IMG/VR virus record: IMGVR_UViG_3300025150_000026
Span: 1-37,144 of that record
Direction: 5' to 3' (one strand)
Length of the DNA stretch: 37,144 bases
DNA from: a virus
Lineage: Duplodnaviria; Caudoviricetes
Under the pieces are notes generated by a model. The model was not told the DNA's origin. It made no database searches and saw only the letters and a list, made by a program, of their open reading frames with translations. Made by a program: the position numbers and the translations under genes. Below, piece after piece: positions 1-9,511 of this stretch. Numbering within the stretch: the first letter of the stretch is position 1; every line of letters starts with the position of its first letter.

Positions 1-548
1 ACGGGGGTGACAAGACCCTCGACTGCCTTCTCATACATATCTCGCTGTTCGGGGTCTGTGGTCGTGAGGGAGATGTTCCATTGGTCCAACCGAACATAGC
101 CTTCACTGACGATCCACCCGAGAAGGGAAGCAACCTGGGGGGTCAGGTCGAGGGGGATGTTCGTGTCCGAGGTTGCGTTGGTTCGGAAGACTGCCGGGTC
201 ATCCGGGGTTCGGCAGAAAGGGCGCTCTGCAAACATCCCCCAGCGGCGGTCGATGCACACGACATCGCTCTCGGCGAGATCCACGAGGGGCGTCCACTGG
301 ATGGATCCATCTCGGAAGGTCAGAATCTTGTGCGGGCCGGTGCCCTCGATCTCATATCCCTGCCGGGTCACGACCTTGCGGGTCTGGCGGATCCCGTCGA
401 AGTAGATGTGGCTGGTCAGTTCCGGGTTGTTTTTCCCGTGGACGACCACCTCCAAAGGGGCATCCTGTTCGGGTTCGAGACCCTGCCCCAGTTCTCCAAT
501 GGAGATGAAACCCTCTGCGGTCTGGACGAGGGTATCCCCGACGACGCA
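1..548 (-). mobile_element. Intein (partial) in the helicase P-loop, with LAGLIDADG domain
   Basis: GSGK|CVVGDTLVQT (block A), IEGTGPHKIL (block B TxxH), LLGWIVSEG (LAGLIDADG block C). Confidence 0.85.
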
Positions 549-1406
549 CTTGCCCGAGCCCGCCCCGGCGGCGACCACCTTCTTGCCGGTGGCGACCATG
601 GCCGCCTCCTGGTCGGCGTTCAGAGAGAGGCGCTGGCCCGTGTCGGTCCGGTGGCCGGTGTTCGGCTTGAAGGCCGCTGCGGCGGCGGCTTGGAGAGCAC
701 CTTGGTCGCCTCCGGCGTTCTCCTCCATCTTGGCGAGGACGGCTGCCTTCTCCGCCGCCAGGGCGGCAGCCTTCTCGGAGTTCGGGGGAGCACCGGCCAA
801 CTGAAGGTCGATCTGCTGGGCGGTCGTGGCGAGGTTGGCCAGGCTCTCCACGTCGGCCATGGTCGTCTCGGCCCCGGAGATCGAGGCCCCCATCGTCTCG
901 GCCACCTGAGCGAGCCACTTGCGGGGGACCTGGAGGCCGGAGACTGCCGGGATGACCGCTCCCTGCCGGACGACCGACACCGGGTCGTCCTCGTTGAGCA
1001 TCGACATGACGCTCATCCCCGCCTTGCGGGACTTGCCAGAGAACAGGGTGCGGAAGACCGCCTGGTGGGAGCGGAACCACTCGAACAGGAGCTTCAGGAA
1101 GTTGGCCTTGTTCCGAGCCCGGTCGGAGGGGCTCCCAGAGCGCTGCCAGCGGTGGAACGGGGCCTTGAGCCGAGCGGCATCCGACCGCTCGATGATGGGG
1201 GCCAGGTGGACCTCAGCCGCTTCATCCAGGGTGGACAGGTAGCGGCGAGCGAGCATCTCCCCCCGCTTGGCGAGGGCATCCGGTTCGGCTCCCGACTGCT
1301 CCAGCCAGGAGAAAAAGGCGTCGAACCCGATGTAGAACGGGATGAGGTCCATCAACCGCTCGGGCTGGACGACCTTGTCCTCAGCGGCTCGTTTGCGTGT
1401 GCTCAT
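1..1406 (-). CDS. UvrD/PcrA-like superfamily 1 helicase, intein-containing, with long N-terminal extension (runs off the window start)
   Basis: Not in the ORF track because no stop falls inside the window. Manual translation from ATG 1406 (MSTRKRAAEDK...) gives LSLNADQEAAMVATGKKVVAAGAGSGK, the Q motif plus Walker A of UvrD-family helicases, followed directly by an intein start. Frame is open to position 1. Confidence 0.85.
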   Translation of the reverse strand, partial: MSTRKRAAEDKVVQPERLMDLIPFYIGFDAFFSWLEQSGAEPDALAKRGEMLARRYLSTLDEAAEVHLAPIIERSDAARLKAPFHRWQRSGSPSDRARNKANFLKLLFEWFRSHQAVFRTLFSGKSRKAGMSVMSMLNEDDPVSVVRQGAVIPAVSGLQVPRKWLAQVAETMGASISGAETTMADVESLANLATTAQQIDLQLAGAPPNSEKAAALAAEKAAVLAKMEENAGGDQGALQAAAAAAFKPNTGHRTDTGQRLSLNADQEAAMVATGKKVVAAGAGSGKCVVGDTLVQTAEGFISIGELGQGLEPEQDAPLEVVVHGKNNPELTSHIYFDGIRQTRKVVTRQGYEIEGTGPHKILTFRDGSIQWTPLVDLAESDVVCIDRRWGMFAERPFCRTPDDPAVFRTNATSDTNIPLDLTPQVASLLGWIVSEGYVRLDQWNISLTTTDPEQRDMYEKAVEGLVTP

Positions 1407-1473
1407 GCTGGTCGTTTTCTCCGTAAAGCCTTGGCTCCGTTGGGGCCTCACCTGTCGGCCAAGCATAGGCTTT

Positions 1474-2166
1474 CTATTGACGGCCCTGACTTCTGCCGAG
1501 CACCTGACGGCAAATCTCGTAGAACTCCTGCTCGGTTCGAGAACCCTTGGTCGTGTTCATCAGATAGGTGCAGAGAACCACGTTTCCTTTGACGTAGCCT
1601 TTTTGGGGGTCGAGCCGGTCAACCGACATTGACTCGGATGTAGCGTGACCTTTGCCGTAGGAGTCCCAGTCCATTTCGACTCCCGAGTAGTAGCAGAGGC
1701 CCTTCTGTTGATGGAACAACCCGACCAGGTAGTCCGGCTCAAGGTCGAACGGGACCCCCTGTGTCCGAGCCCGCTTGGCGTACCCGCCTTTCTGCCGGGC
1801 GAAGTACCAGCGAAGGGCAACATCACCACCCTCTGTGAGGTTTCGTTCCCGCCATCTGTCGTGCCGGTGGCGGGCTGCGGTCTTCCTTTCGGGGTCGGCA
1901 TGGTACAGCCGGGTTTTGTCCCTGGTGCATGGAATACAATAGGGTTGCCGTCGTTCCCCCGCAGAATACCTGGTGTCCGAATACCAGCGGTAGGACTCAC
2001 GGGACAACCACTCCCCACAGGATGAGCACTTGTAGGTCCCGTCAGGACGTTCCGTCTCAGCCTTCATGCAAACCCTGCTACAATAATAGGTTTTACCCTC
2101 CTTCACTTTGCTGTCATGGCGACGAACAGAGGCTCCACAGGGGCATTTGAGGGTAAGGTATGGCAT
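1474..2166 (-). CDS. Free-standing HNH/His-Me finger homing endonuclease
   Basis: N-terminal Cys clusters; C-terminal QQKGLCYYSG...SVDRLDPQKGYVKGNVVLCTYLMNTTKG typical of phage HNH-like nucleases; lower GC than flanks. Confidence 0.75.
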   Translation of the reverse strand: MPYLTLKCPCGASVRRHDSKVKEGKTYYCSRVCMKAETERPDGTYKCSSCGEWLSRESYRWYSDTRYSAGERRQPYCIPCTRDKTRLYHADPERKTAARHRHDRWRERNLTEGGDVALRWYFARQKGGYAKRARTQGVPFDLEPDYLVGLFHQQKGLCYYSGVEMDWDSYGKGHATSESMSVDRLDPQKGYVKGNVVLCTYLMNTTKGSRTEQEFYEICRQVLGRSQGRQ

Positions 2167-2207
2167 GGATGGTCCTTCGATTCCGTAATACTCATTTGCC
2201 TGGGCCT

Positions 2208-2222
2208 ATAGGAGAAGTACCG
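2208..2222 (-). promoter_or_regulatory. CGGT-N6-CCTAT motif upstream of HNH gene
   Basis: Minus strand reads CGGT acttct CCTAT, about 40 nt upstream of ATG 2166. Confidence 0.6.
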
Positions 2223-2968
2223 TGAGAATCCAATTGATGAGTGACCTCCATTTCGAGTTCCACCCGGACGGGGGCAAGTCTTTCGTGGATTCCCTGGACC
2301 CAGATGGTGTGGATGTCCTCGTGTTGGCTGGGGATATCGGGGTCGTGAAAGGCGGGTCCCTGCACCGAGGGTTTGACCTTTTAGCCACGAAATATCGAGG
2401 AATTCCCATCATTTTTCTGATGGGAAACCATGAACTCTATGGATCCAGCCCTGATTGGGCTGAGGAACAGGTCGACGCCCTGACCAAGGATCACCCCAAC
2501 CTCCACTGGCTGGAGAACAACACCGTGGAGATTGGGGGTCAACGGTTCGTCGGGTCCACCCTCTGGTTCCCCAACCTGCCCGATGGGCAGAATACCCGTT
2601 TCTCCAGGGGTCTCAACGACTTCCATCTGATTTACGACTTCCAGCAGTGGGTCTACGATCACAATGCCGCCTCGGTGGAGTTCCTGACCAGGGAGGTCCA
2701 GCCGGGGGACGTTGTTGTGACCCACCACATCCCAACGGTTCAGGGGGTTCACCCTCGGTGGCTCCATGACGTGCAGGGGTTCGGTCGGTTCTTCCTGTCC
2801 CAGATGCCGGATGATGTGCTCCAGCGCCCAAAGCTCTGGTTCTACGGCCACACGCACGATTCCATGGACTTCGAGATCGGGGGCTGCCGGTTCCTGTGCA
2901 ATCCCTTCGGGTACGTCCGGCGGGAGGAGAACCCGAGATTCAACCCGAAGCTCCTCATGGGGGTGTGA
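2222..2968 (+). CDS. Calcineurin-like metallophosphoesterase
   Basis: Motifs SDLH, LAGD, GNHE, THH and GHTH all present in order. Confidence 0.92.
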   Translation: MRIQLMSDLHFEFHPDGGKSFVDSLDPDGVDVLVLAGDIGVVKGGSLHRGFDLLATKYRGIPIIFLMGNHELYGSSPDWAEEQVDALTKDHPNLHWLENNTVEIGGQRFVGSTLWFPNLPDGQNTRFSRGLNDFHLIYDFQQWVYDHNAASVEFLTREVQPGDVVVTHHIPTVQGVHPRWLHDVQGFGRFFLSQMPDDVLQRPKLWFYGHTHDSMDFEIGGCRFLCNPFGYVRREENPRFNPKLLMGV

Positions 2969-2969
2969 G

Positions 2970-3332
2970 GTGCGGGTCGCCGTCGTGGGCTCCCGGGGCT
3001 ACCCCAACGAAGGGCTCGTCCGGGCCTTCGTTCGGACGCTCGCAGCCCGGGACCCCAAGACCGTCATCATCTCCGGTGGTGCCCGAGGCGTGGACACCTG
3101 GGCAGCCGACGAGGCCCGAAAAGCTGGGCTCGATGTCGAGGAGTACCTGGCCGACTGGGACCGGCTCGGGAGAACGGCGGGCTTTGCCCGGAACACGACC
3201 ATCGTTGAACAATCCGATGTCGTCGTGGCGTTCCACGACGGCCGGAGTCGGGGGACACTGGACACCATCAGGAAGACCCAAGGGGCCGGGAAGCGGCTGT
3301 TCGTCCTCGGGCCTGATTCGGCCCCACGGTAG
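2970..3332 (+). CDS. SLOG-superfamily protein (DUF2493/YspA-like)
   Basis: From GTG 2970: VAVVGSR, IISGGARGVD, ADW...AGFARN, VVAFHDGRSRGT. Confidence 0.8.
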   Translation: MRVAVVGSRGYPNEGLVRAFVRTLAARDPKTVIISGGARGVDTWAADEARKAGLDVEEYLADWDRLGRTAGFARNTTIVEQSDVVVAFHDGRSRGTLDTIRKTQGAGKRLFVLGPDSAPR

Positions 3333-3341
3333 GGTTCCTAT
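3327..3341 (+). promoter_or_regulatory. CGGT-N6-CCTAT motif
   Basis: CGGT agggtt CCTAT, then AGGAG Shine-Dalgarno before ATG 3367. Confidence 0.6.
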
Positions 3342-3366
3342 CGGCCCAGCCGAGTAGGAGAGCCCG

Positions 3367-4137
3367 ATGCTGAACCGCCTGTCGCTCGTCAACTATCGAG
3401 GGTTCCCGGTCACGCCGGACACCCAAGATGCGCTCGTGCGACTGGGGAAGCGGGCTGACGAGGCCGGGAAGTGGGCGCTCACCCTCCTGGGACCCTCACC
3501 CGGGGCGGGGAAAGGGAACATGCTCTCCTTGGCCTCTGCGGGCAGGGAGGTTCACTTTCGACTCAGCCGGTCGGATAGGGATGAGCAGACGGCCCTCAAC
3601 GCCGCCTGGGCTTGCGCCATCCCTTTGGGATTCACGCCGCACGACCGCTGGCCCCGTGTTTCGCCGACCTCCCACATCTACTACTACTTGGGGCCGTGGC
3701 AGACCTTGAACGACCGGCTTCTCGCCGAGGGGCGGGGGCACCTGGCGTGGCCCTCGGTCTGCGCCGCAGCCCAGGCGGACGTGGGGGTCTGGTCGGGGGA
3801 CAAGACCCTCGAACGGTTCGTCCAGGCGCAACTCCATCGGGTCGGGAAGAACATCGGCCCCGTGGACGGGGTCATTGGCCCGAGGACCACAACGGGCGTC
3901 GAGTCCCTCGGGCTCAAACGCCCGACCCTCCCCCAGGTGGCCGAGCATCTCAGGGTAGCATCGCTGACTCCACCCAAATCCCAGGCTCAGAAGCCTCTCC
4001 GGGGCCACTTGTCCGTTCCCGGCTACAACGTCCGGGTCCAGGCGTTCGGAGGGGTGCAGGCCCAGCAGCACGGGGACTCTGGGGCCTTTTTGACCGCCAC
4101 CGGACCAGGTCGCCTGGTCGTCGAGGTGCAGAAGTGA
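3367..4137 (+). CDS. Hypothetical protein with putative peptidoglycan-binding segment
   Basis: VQAQLHRVGKNIGPVDGVIGPRT resembles the PG_binding_1 signature; SD present. Confidence 0.55.
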   Translation: MLNRLSLVNYRGFPVTPDTQDALVRLGKRADEAGKWALTLLGPSPGAGKGNMLSLASAGREVHFRLSRSDRDEQTALNAAWACAIPLGFTPHDRWPRVSPTSHIYYYLGPWQTLNDRLLAEGRGHLAWPSVCAAAQADVGVWSGDKTLERFVQAQLHRVGKNIGPVDGVIGPRTTTGVESLGLKRPTLPQVAEHLRVASLTPPKSQAQKPLRGHLSVPGYNVRVQAFGGVQAQQHGDSGAFLTATGPGRLVVEVQK

Positions 4138-4709
4138 GCGGGTTCCTCCAACGGCTCAAGCGGGAGCATGGGGGTGACCTGGCCCCGCTTGAGAGGCTCG
4201 CCAAGGCTGTGGGCAAAGAGTTGGAGGACTTCGCCTTCTCCCAGGGGAAGATGGTGGTATCCGAGATCCAGAAGGCGGCCCGGAGAGCCAGAGTTCCTTT
4301 GCCCTACCTCTTCTGGACTCTGGTGGAACAGCCTCAGTTGTGGCCCCCGCTGGACCCGAAGAAGAAATCCAGCCTCAATTGGGCCGTATTCCTCATGGAG
4401 GAGAGCAAGGCCACCCCGAACTACGCTTCGGGGTTCCAGCTTCCTGACGAGGGGGATGAGCCTGCCGTCGAGGACGTGATCACGGCGGCAGCCACATGGG
4501 CTCACGGTCCTTTGTGGGGCGGTCTCCTGCGGAAGTACATGGCCATCCTCGACGCCAAGAAGGGCGAGGCCGCCAAGCTGCTCGGAACGAGCACCGATGA
4601 CGCCAGAGCCCGCCTCGAATCCACGTTCCTGGTGGCGGTCAACCGGCATCCGAGGTGGTTCCGGCACACCGACCTCCTGGCCTGGGTCGTCCGGCTCTTC
4701 CTCAAGTAG
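4134..4709 (+). CDS. Hypothetical protein
   Basis: GTGA overlap with the previous stop; host-like codon usage from 4134 within ORF 3612..4709. Confidence 0.65.
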   Translation: MSGFLQRLKREHGGDLAPLERLAKAVGKELEDFAFSQGKMVVSEIQKAARRARVPLPYLFWTLVEQPQLWPPLDPKKKSSLNWAVFLMEESKATPNYASGFQLPDEGDEPAVEDVITAAATWAHGPLWGGLLRKYMAILDAKKGEAAKLLGTSTDDARARLESTFLVAVNRHPRWFRHTDLLAWVVRLFLK

Positions 4710-4764
4710 GGGGCTCCTACTCCTGCCAAGAGGGGTAGTCGGAGGGGAACCAGCGAGGACCCGG

Positions 4765-6534
4765 ATGTCGAAACCGATGAGCCCAGAACTGGATGCGGCG
4801 TACAAGAAGCTGAAGATCCTTCGTACCCGCACGGATCTGAAGCTCAAGCCGAACCCGTACCTCAAGGACACGTTCACCGGGTTCGACGGCAAAGAGCATC
4901 CCCTCACGGTCCGCTACTACCAGGTGCAGATGATCCTTCACCTGGTCGCCATGACCCGGTTCGTCGTCGGGGATGACACGGGTCTTGGCAAGACCCTGGA
5001 GGCCATCGCCGCCCTGACGTTCATCTGGTCCCAGAACCCCAACCAGAAGGTCATCATCCTGACCACGAAGTCGGCGACCCCGCAATGGGGGGCCGAGGTC
5101 AAGAAGTTCACCGATGGCGTCACGCCTTACGTCTGCCAGGGATCTCCGGGCTTCCGGCGGATGATCCGAGACCAGTTCGAGCAGCACGCCGGGAGCCCCG
5201 CTGTGCTCGTGATGGGCTATCGGACAGCCGTGCAGGACTTCAAGCACATTCAGGACTGGGACGGCTACATCCTTATCACCGACGAGGCCACCGCCTACAA
5301 GAACCCGAAGACCCAGGTACATCAGGTGGTCGAGTTCATGGCAAGCGTGAGCAAGCGGGTTTGGGCGCTCACGGCCACCCTCATCAAGAACAACCTCGTC
5401 GAAGGCTACGGCATCTACCGGGTCGTCCAGCCCAACGTGTTCGTCAACGACCAGGGCAAGCCCATGTCGTTGACGCAGTTCATGTACTACTTCTGCATCG
5501 TCGAGATGATGGCCCTCCGCCGTGGACCCCGCATCCCCCGGGTGGTGGGTTATTACCCCGACAAGGTGAAGGAGTTCCGAGAGAAGATCGATGCCTTCTA
5601 CCTCGGGAGGCCCAAGCACGCCGTCGCCGATGAACTTCCGTCCCTCACCCTGCGGACCATCGAGGTCGGCCTCTCTCCCGAACAGGCGGCCAAGTACCGG
5701 GAGGCCCTTGGCGGGCTCCTGACCGTCGGCGAGGCCACGGGAGACGAGAAGACCAAAGAGGTCACCAAGCTCACCGCCATCACCTACTGCCAGCAGATCG
5801 TCAACCACCCGGCCCTTATCGAGTGCAGTGGTGGCAGCGAGAAGCTCGACGCCCTCATCGAGCTTCTGACCGACGGAGACCTGGCCGACGAGAAGGTCAT
5901 CATCTTCACCCGGTTCAAGAAGATGGTGAACCTGCTCATGCCTGTGCTGGAGAAGCGCCTGGGCAAAGGAAAGGCCGTCCGCATCACCGGAGACGAGAAC
6001 GGACAGCAGCGGGAGGAGGCCAAGGCTGCATTCCAGAATCCCGATTCTGGAGTGCAGGTGGTGTGCATCACGATGGCGGGCTCGGACGCCATCAACCTCC
6101 AGGCGGCCAAGGCCATCGTTTTCTTCGACACACCTTTCTCGGCGGGGGACTACCTTCAGATCCTCGGCCGCATGATCCGCATCGGGTCCATCCACGCCGG
6201 TGTCTACGCCATCCACCTGGTCGCCCGGTGGGACCGGAAGACCGTGGACCACCGCATCATGGAGATCCTCACGAAGAAGATGCGCCTGCTCGAAGCGGTC
6301 CTCGGCAAGCGGCTCAAGGGCGAGAGCGTGTCCGATGAGGTGATCTCCGCCACCAGCGACGTGAACGACCTGTTCGACGCCCTCAAGGCGGACGCCAAGG
6401 AGGTCGCTGGGGGCACAGGTTCGGGTAACAAGAAGGTGGACATCTCGAAGGTGCTCCCCTCGGACGAAGCTCCTGCCGCCGTGCAGCGTCCAGAGCCGCC
6501 GGGGGACGAGATCAGCCTGGACGACTGGGACTGA
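4765..6534 (+). CDS. SNF2-family (SF2) helicase/ATPase
   Basis: GDDTGLGKT (I), ITDEAT (II), LTATLIKN (III), KVIIFTRF (IV), INLQAA (V), QILGRMIRIG (VI); start ATG 4765 after GAGGA. Confidence 0.92.
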   Translation: MSKPMSPELDAAYKKLKILRTRTDLKLKPNPYLKDTFTGFDGKEHPLTVRYYQVQMILHLVAMTRFVVGDDTGLGKTLEAIAALTFIWSQNPNQKVIILTTKSATPQWGAEVKKFTDGVTPYVCQGSPGFRRMIRDQFEQHAGSPAVLVMGYRTAVQDFKHIQDWDGYILITDEATAYKNPKTQVHQVVEFMASVSKRVWALTATLIKNNLVEGYGIYRVVQPNVFVNDQGKPMSLTQFMYYFCIVEMMALRRGPRIPRVVGYYPDKVKEFREKIDAFYLGRPKHAVADELPSLTLRTIEVGLSPEQAAKYREALGGLLTVGEATGDEKTKEVTKLTAITYCQQIVNHPALIECSGGSEKLDALIELLTDGDLADEKVIIFTRFKKMVNLLMPVLEKRLGKGKAVRITGDENGQQREEAKAAFQNPDSGVQVVCITMAGSDAINLQAAKAIVFFDTPFSAGDYLQILGRMIRIGSIHAGVYAIHLVARWDRKTVDHRIMEILTKKMRLLEAVLGKRLKGESVSDEVISATSDVNDLFDALKADAKEVAGGTGSGNKKVDISKVLPSDEAPAAVQRPEPPGDEISLDDWD

Positions 6535-6537
6535 GGG

Positions 6538-7365
6538 ATGACAAGGGCGGAAAGCGATTACCCCACGGGGGATGGGCACCCGGGCTGCCTCAAGTGCAAG
6601 GGCCGGGGTGTTGTTCCAGTCCCAGAGAGCGAGCTACCCCGTTTTGCTCTCCCGGGGGCGACCCGGTTCTGCGGGTGTGTCCGTGAGCGGGATCTGTTGG
6701 ACAACCTCAAGCGGGGTTGGGGGACGGCCCTGGTCGAGTCTCCTTCGGCCGTTTCCAGCCCCCTCATGGGGAAACAGACCCGGAACGTCTGGCTCCGTTG
6801 CCCTTTGCCTGACCTCAAGGCCCACCTCCGTTGCGTGGCCATGAAACAGTCGCCGCAGTGGCCGTTTCGGGTCATCACCGACGCCGACCTGATGACCACC
6901 TGGCTGTACTCGGCCGACGAGGTCCACGACGCCGACGTGGAGGTCGCCCGGCAGCGGGGGCAGAACACCCACAGCAGGATTGGAGACCTGGTCGAGCCCT
7001 GGGACCTCCTCATCATCCGCCTGGGGGTCAAGGCGGCCCGGAACCAGGCGTTGCCGGAGGTGTTCTTGGAGGCCCTGTACTACCGAGATCATCTCGGGCT
7101 GCCCACATGGGTAGTAGACAGTGTGGCGAAGCCTTTCCGCCAGGAGCACCGAGCCTGGAGCGACGTTGCCCAGGAGCACCTGGTCGAGAACTTCGAGTTC
7201 ATCGAGATCGACCCCGGGGCCGCCGAGCCCACCCCCCGGACGGAGATCCCAGCACGCTACACCACCACCGGCTTCGACGAGACACCCGAGGAAGAAGACC
7301 AGGACGACCTTCTGGATGAGGGTGGGCACGTCAAGATCAAGAAGCGGGACTGGAGGAACTCGTGA
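6538..7365 (+). CDS. DnaC/DnaI-like helicase loader with degenerate ATPase motifs
   Basis: N-terminal CxxC...CxC zinc site; DLLIIRLG and LPTWVV align with DnaC/IstB Walker B and sensor strands; immediately upstream of DnaB. Confidence 0.55.
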   Translation: MTRAESDYPTGDGHPGCLKCKGRGVVPVPESELPRFALPGATRFCGCVRERDLLDNLKRGWGTALVESPSAVSSPLMGKQTRNVWLRCPLPDLKAHLRCVAMKQSPQWPFRVITDADLMTTWLYSADEVHDADVEVARQRGQNTHSRIGDLVEPWDLLIIRLGVKAARNQALPEVFLEALYYRDHLGLPTWVVDSVAKPFRQEHRAWSDVAQEHLVENFEFIEIDPGAAEPTPRTEIPARYTTTGFDETPEEEDQDDLLDEGGHVKIKKRDWRNS

Positions 7366-8906
7366 AGTACCTCTTGCGCTCTTGCTTCATCGCCGACCCT
7401 GGGGACGACCAGGAGTTGTTCCTGCGGAACTTTCTGGCCCTTCAGGACAGCGGCTTGGGGTTCGACCGGGTCGAGGACATCGTCATCTGGGAGTTCATCA
7501 GGGAGTTCGTCCACACCCACAACCACATCCCGAAGTTCGGCACCATCACCGAGCACTTCACCCGCAAAGGTGAAGACGAGGTGGTGGACCGCCTCCAGAT
7601 GGTGGTCTCCCTGCCGCCCAAGAGCCGGGGAGACTTCCTCAAGCGGCTCGAAGACAAGGCCAACGACCGGCGGCTCCACATGTGGACCGAGATCCTCAAG
7701 GAAGCCGGGACCATCACGACGAGCGGGATGAAGATCAAGCAGGGCAAGGGGGAGATCATCCTCCACGGCCCCATCGACGCCGCCCGCTACGTCGTCGAGA
7801 AAAGCCACGGAATCGTGGCTCCGACCCTGGGGACCAAGCTCTCCGGGGAGGTGACCAGCGACGGGCAGGGGTTCAAGGAACGCTACGAGAGGGTGGAAGC
7901 AGACCCCCTGGCGGGGATCGGTCAACACACCGGCATCATGCAGATGGACGAGGCTCTCTCCGGGGCGAAGAGGGGTGAGCTTTGGATCCATGCCGCTTTC
8001 ACGGGCGGCCTGAAAAGCACCTTCGCCCTCAACTGGGCCTACAACCAGGCCGTCTACTACAAGCACGACTCCGTCTATTTCTCGCTGGAGATGCCCTACG
8101 AGCAAGTGCGGAACATGCTCTACGCCATGCACACGGCCCACCCGAAGTTCAAGGCCGTGCGGACCAGGCTGGGCATCCAGAAGGACCCCGAGGCCACAGT
8201 GGGCCTCCATTACCTCCTCATCCGAGATGGGTCCCTCCCGCCGAACCAGCGGGAGTTCCTGTTCGACTACGTGGTCCCCGACTTCAACGACCCTGGGAAC
8301 CACTACGGCAAAATCCACATCGAGGTCGCCGACCCCGAGAAGCACGATTTCACCATCGTGGACCTGCGGACGAAGGCGGAGTTGATCTACAGCAAGTCCC
8401 CCTTCGCTACCATCTTCGTGGATCACGCTGGGTTGATGGCCCCTCGCAAGTGGGTTTCCTCAACGACCGAGCGTCAGAACGAGGTCATTCGTGACCTCAA
8501 GAAGATCGCCATGGGGTTCCATCGGGGGCTCGGAATCGCTGTCGTCGCCCTGTTCCAGATCAACCGGGAGGGCTACAAGCGGATCCTCAAGATCAAGGAC
8601 ATCAACGACGCCAAGGACAAGGGGGAAGGCAAGCCGCCAGTCTACTCGGAGACCGACCTCAGCTACGCCAACGAAGCAGAGAAGTCCGCAGACATCATCA
8701 CTGCGACTTGGATCGACGACGACCTCAAGGCCAAGAACCGGGTCATCTTCCAGAACCTCAAGTCCCGAGACCAGGCGAAGTTCCGCCCCTTCATGGCCCG
8801 GGTAGAGTGGCCCTGTCGTCGGCTGTACACCGTCGTAGAAGACTTCGGGCAATCCCAGGCCGAGGTGAACGACCAACTCCTTGACCTCAGCGAGACCTCC
8901 TTGTGA
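7362..8906 (+). CDS. dnaB: DnaB-like replicative helicase (SF4)
   Basis: TGIMQMDEALSG...GEL, AFTGGLKST (variant Walker A), YFSLEM, IFVDH, LFQINREG, EKSADII, KSRD. Confidence 0.85.
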   Translation: MKYLLRSCFIADPGDDQELFLRNFLALQDSGLGFDRVEDIVIWEFIREFVHTHNHIPKFGTITEHFTRKGEDEVVDRLQMVVSLPPKSRGDFLKRLEDKANDRRLHMWTEILKEAGTITTSGMKIKQGKGEIILHGPIDAARYVVEKSHGIVAPTLGTKLSGEVTSDGQGFKERYERVEADPLAGIGQHTGIMQMDEALSGAKRGELWIHAAFTGGLKSTFALNWAYNQAVYYKHDSVYFSLEMPYEQVRNMLYAMHTAHPKFKAVRTRLGIQKDPEATVGLHYLLIRDGSLPPNQREFLFDYVVPDFNDPGNHYGKIHIEVADPEKHDFTIVDLRTKAELIYSKSPFATIFVDHAGLMAPRKWVSSTTERQNEVIRDLKKIAMGFHRGLGIAVVALFQINREGYKRILKIKDINDAKDKGEGKPPVYSETDLSYANEAEKSADIITATWIDDDLKAKNRVIFQNLKSRDQAKFRPFMARVEWPCRRLYTVVEDFGQSQAEVNDQLLDLSETSL

Positions 8907-9511
8907 GACACTGGATCGCCAAGAAACCCTCGGAGGACCACCACGACAAGGACGACTGGTCGGATTCCCTTAGCGACCCGACCCGAAGGAAAAACCGTCT
9001 CTGGTTCTACTCGGAGGTGACCCCCGAGACGATCCAGGCGTTCGTGACCCAGCTTCACGAGGCCGAGGTGGAAGCTCTGCGGATGGCTTCCGAACTAGGG
9101 GTCGCCGACATCCCGGTCCATGTTCACATCCACAGCTACGGTGGGGACGTGTTCTCGGGCATGGCCGCCATGGACGCCATCTTGGAGACTCGGAAACGGG
9201 TCCCGGTTCACACTCACATCGAGGGGGCGGCAGCATCAGCAGCCACGCTGATGTCCGTGGCGGGCACCCGGCGGACCATCGGGCAGCACAGCTTCATCCT
9301 CATCCACCAGATCTCGTCGTCCTTCTGGGGCAAGTTCGAGGAGTGGAAGGACGAGATGAAGAACAACGACCTGCTCATGAAAACGGTCGTGGACTTCTAC
9401 GTGGAGCACGCCCGCATGGATGCCCGTCATGTGCGGCAGGTGCTCAAGAAAGACCTCTGGTTCGACGCCAAGCGGGCTCATCGCCTGGGCCTGGTGGATG
9501 AGATCCGGTGA
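8903..9511 (+). CDS. clpP: ClpP-like serine protease
   Basis: IHSYGGDV, AASAAT (Ser), LIHQ (His), DLWFDA (Asp), GLVDEI. Confidence 0.88.
   Translation: MRHWIAKKPSEDHHDKDDWSDSLSDPTRRKNRLWFYSEVTPETIQAFVTQLHEAEVEALRMASELGVADIPVHVHIHSYGGDVFSGMAAMDAILETRKRVPVHTHIEGAAASAATLMSVAGTRRTIGQHSFILIHQISSSFWGKFEEWKDEMKNNDLLMKTVVDFYVEHARMDARHVRQVLKKDLWFDAKRAHRLGLVDEIR

Noticed and set aside
81-1592. 503-aa plus-strand ORF
   Set aside because: Antisense shadow of the minus-strand helicase/intein frame, which carries the real motifs.
4717-6579. Long minus-strand ORFs opposite SNF2, DnaB, polA and others
   Set aside because: Shadow ORFs expected at high GC3; no motifs or SD sites.
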